A stretch of 64,000 nucleotides of DNA from Candidatus Bathyarchaeia archaeon (lineage in GTDB: Archaea; Thermoproteota; Bathyarchaeia; Bathyarchaeales; Bathycorpusculaceae), in assembly GCA_038868255.1 (NCBI GenBank), contig JAWCTJ010000002.1, positions 656 through 64,655 of the forward strand, in the 5' to 3' direction. A model generated the notes under the pieces. That model saw nothing but the letters and a program-made list of their open reading frames with translations, did no database searches and was not told the DNA's origin. Shown one piece after another: positions 63,918 through 64,000 of the stretch. Position 1 is the first letter of the stretch; every line of letters starts with the position of its first letter. The translations under genes were made by a program, and so were the position numbers.

Positions 63918-64000
63918 TTATTTCTCGGTTTTCACGTTATATGCTATTTTAACTCCTGCTTTTTCAAAGATTTTTCCTACAGGACAGTTTTCCACCGTAA
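63918..64000 (-). CDS. C-terminal fragment of a protein running off the 3' edge (possibly an OsmC/Ohr-like peroxiredoxin)
   Basis: ...TVENCPVGKIFEKAGVKIAYNVKTEK* ends at the TAA at 63918-63920. The C-P-V near the C-terminus resembles OsmC-family ends, but only 27 aa are visible. Confidence 0.3.
   Translation of the reverse strand, partial: TVENCPVGKIFEKAGVKIAYNVKTEK

Noticed and set aside
1-64000. CRISPR arrays, rRNA genes, and inteins in PolB, aIF5B and topo VI
   Set aside because: No spaced direct repeats were seen. No rRNA-like sequence was seen. PolB (895 aa), aIF5B (about 593 aa) and Top6A/B have normal lengths with contiguous motifs, leaving no room for inteins.

Overview
This window looks like a gene-dense archaeal chromosomal segment, and every call below was made by eye from motifs, with no searches or alignments run. 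The archaeal assignment rests on thermosome x2, family-B DNA polymerase, topo VI A/B, aIF5B, ABCE1, AglB/STT3, CDP-archaeol synthase, RadB, KEOPS Cgi121, a tRNA-Glu, TTTATATA-type TATA boxes and GGAGG/GGTG Shine-Dalgarno sites. The flavour is TACK/Asgard-like, but the lineage cannot be fixed.

Positions 1-44 kb are mostly housekeeping:
- Mo/W cofactor: tandem MoeA genes and a MoaD-like protein.
- DNA replication and repair: PolB, TopA, RadB, Nth, endonuclease IV, topo VI, and a Clp1 kinase paired with an RNase-H-fold protein.
- N-glycosylation: an AglB-AglH operon.
- t6A synthesis: Sua5 and Cgi121.
- Translation: ABCE1 and aIF5B.

Positions 44-64 kb look more accessory, starting after a tRNA-Glu and a 540-bp AT-rich spacer:
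- A cellulose-synthase-like GT2 fused to a ferritin-like domain, followed by two secreted proteins, one a 980-aa beta-helix protein.
- A coiled-coil / SPFH-zinc-ribbon / SpoOM(arrestin-like)-zinc-ribbon trio.
- A rhomboid protease divergent from a membrane-tethered winged-helix protein.
- An oxidative-stress cluster: OsmC-like fragment, rubredoxin, SOD, flavodoxin, ferritin-like protein, bacterioferritin-like protein.

The most interesting candidates are:
- A small membrane protein resembling eukaryotic OSTC/DC2, co-transcribed near AglB.
- The GT2-ferritin fusion cluster.
- The rhomboid / tethered-wHTH pair, a possible case of regulated intramembrane proteolysis.
- A (E3-5W)x4 micro-ORF upstream of ABCE1.
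- Three sub-60-aa zinc-binding genes missing from the ORF track.

No CRISPR array, transposase, integrase or rRNA gene was seen.
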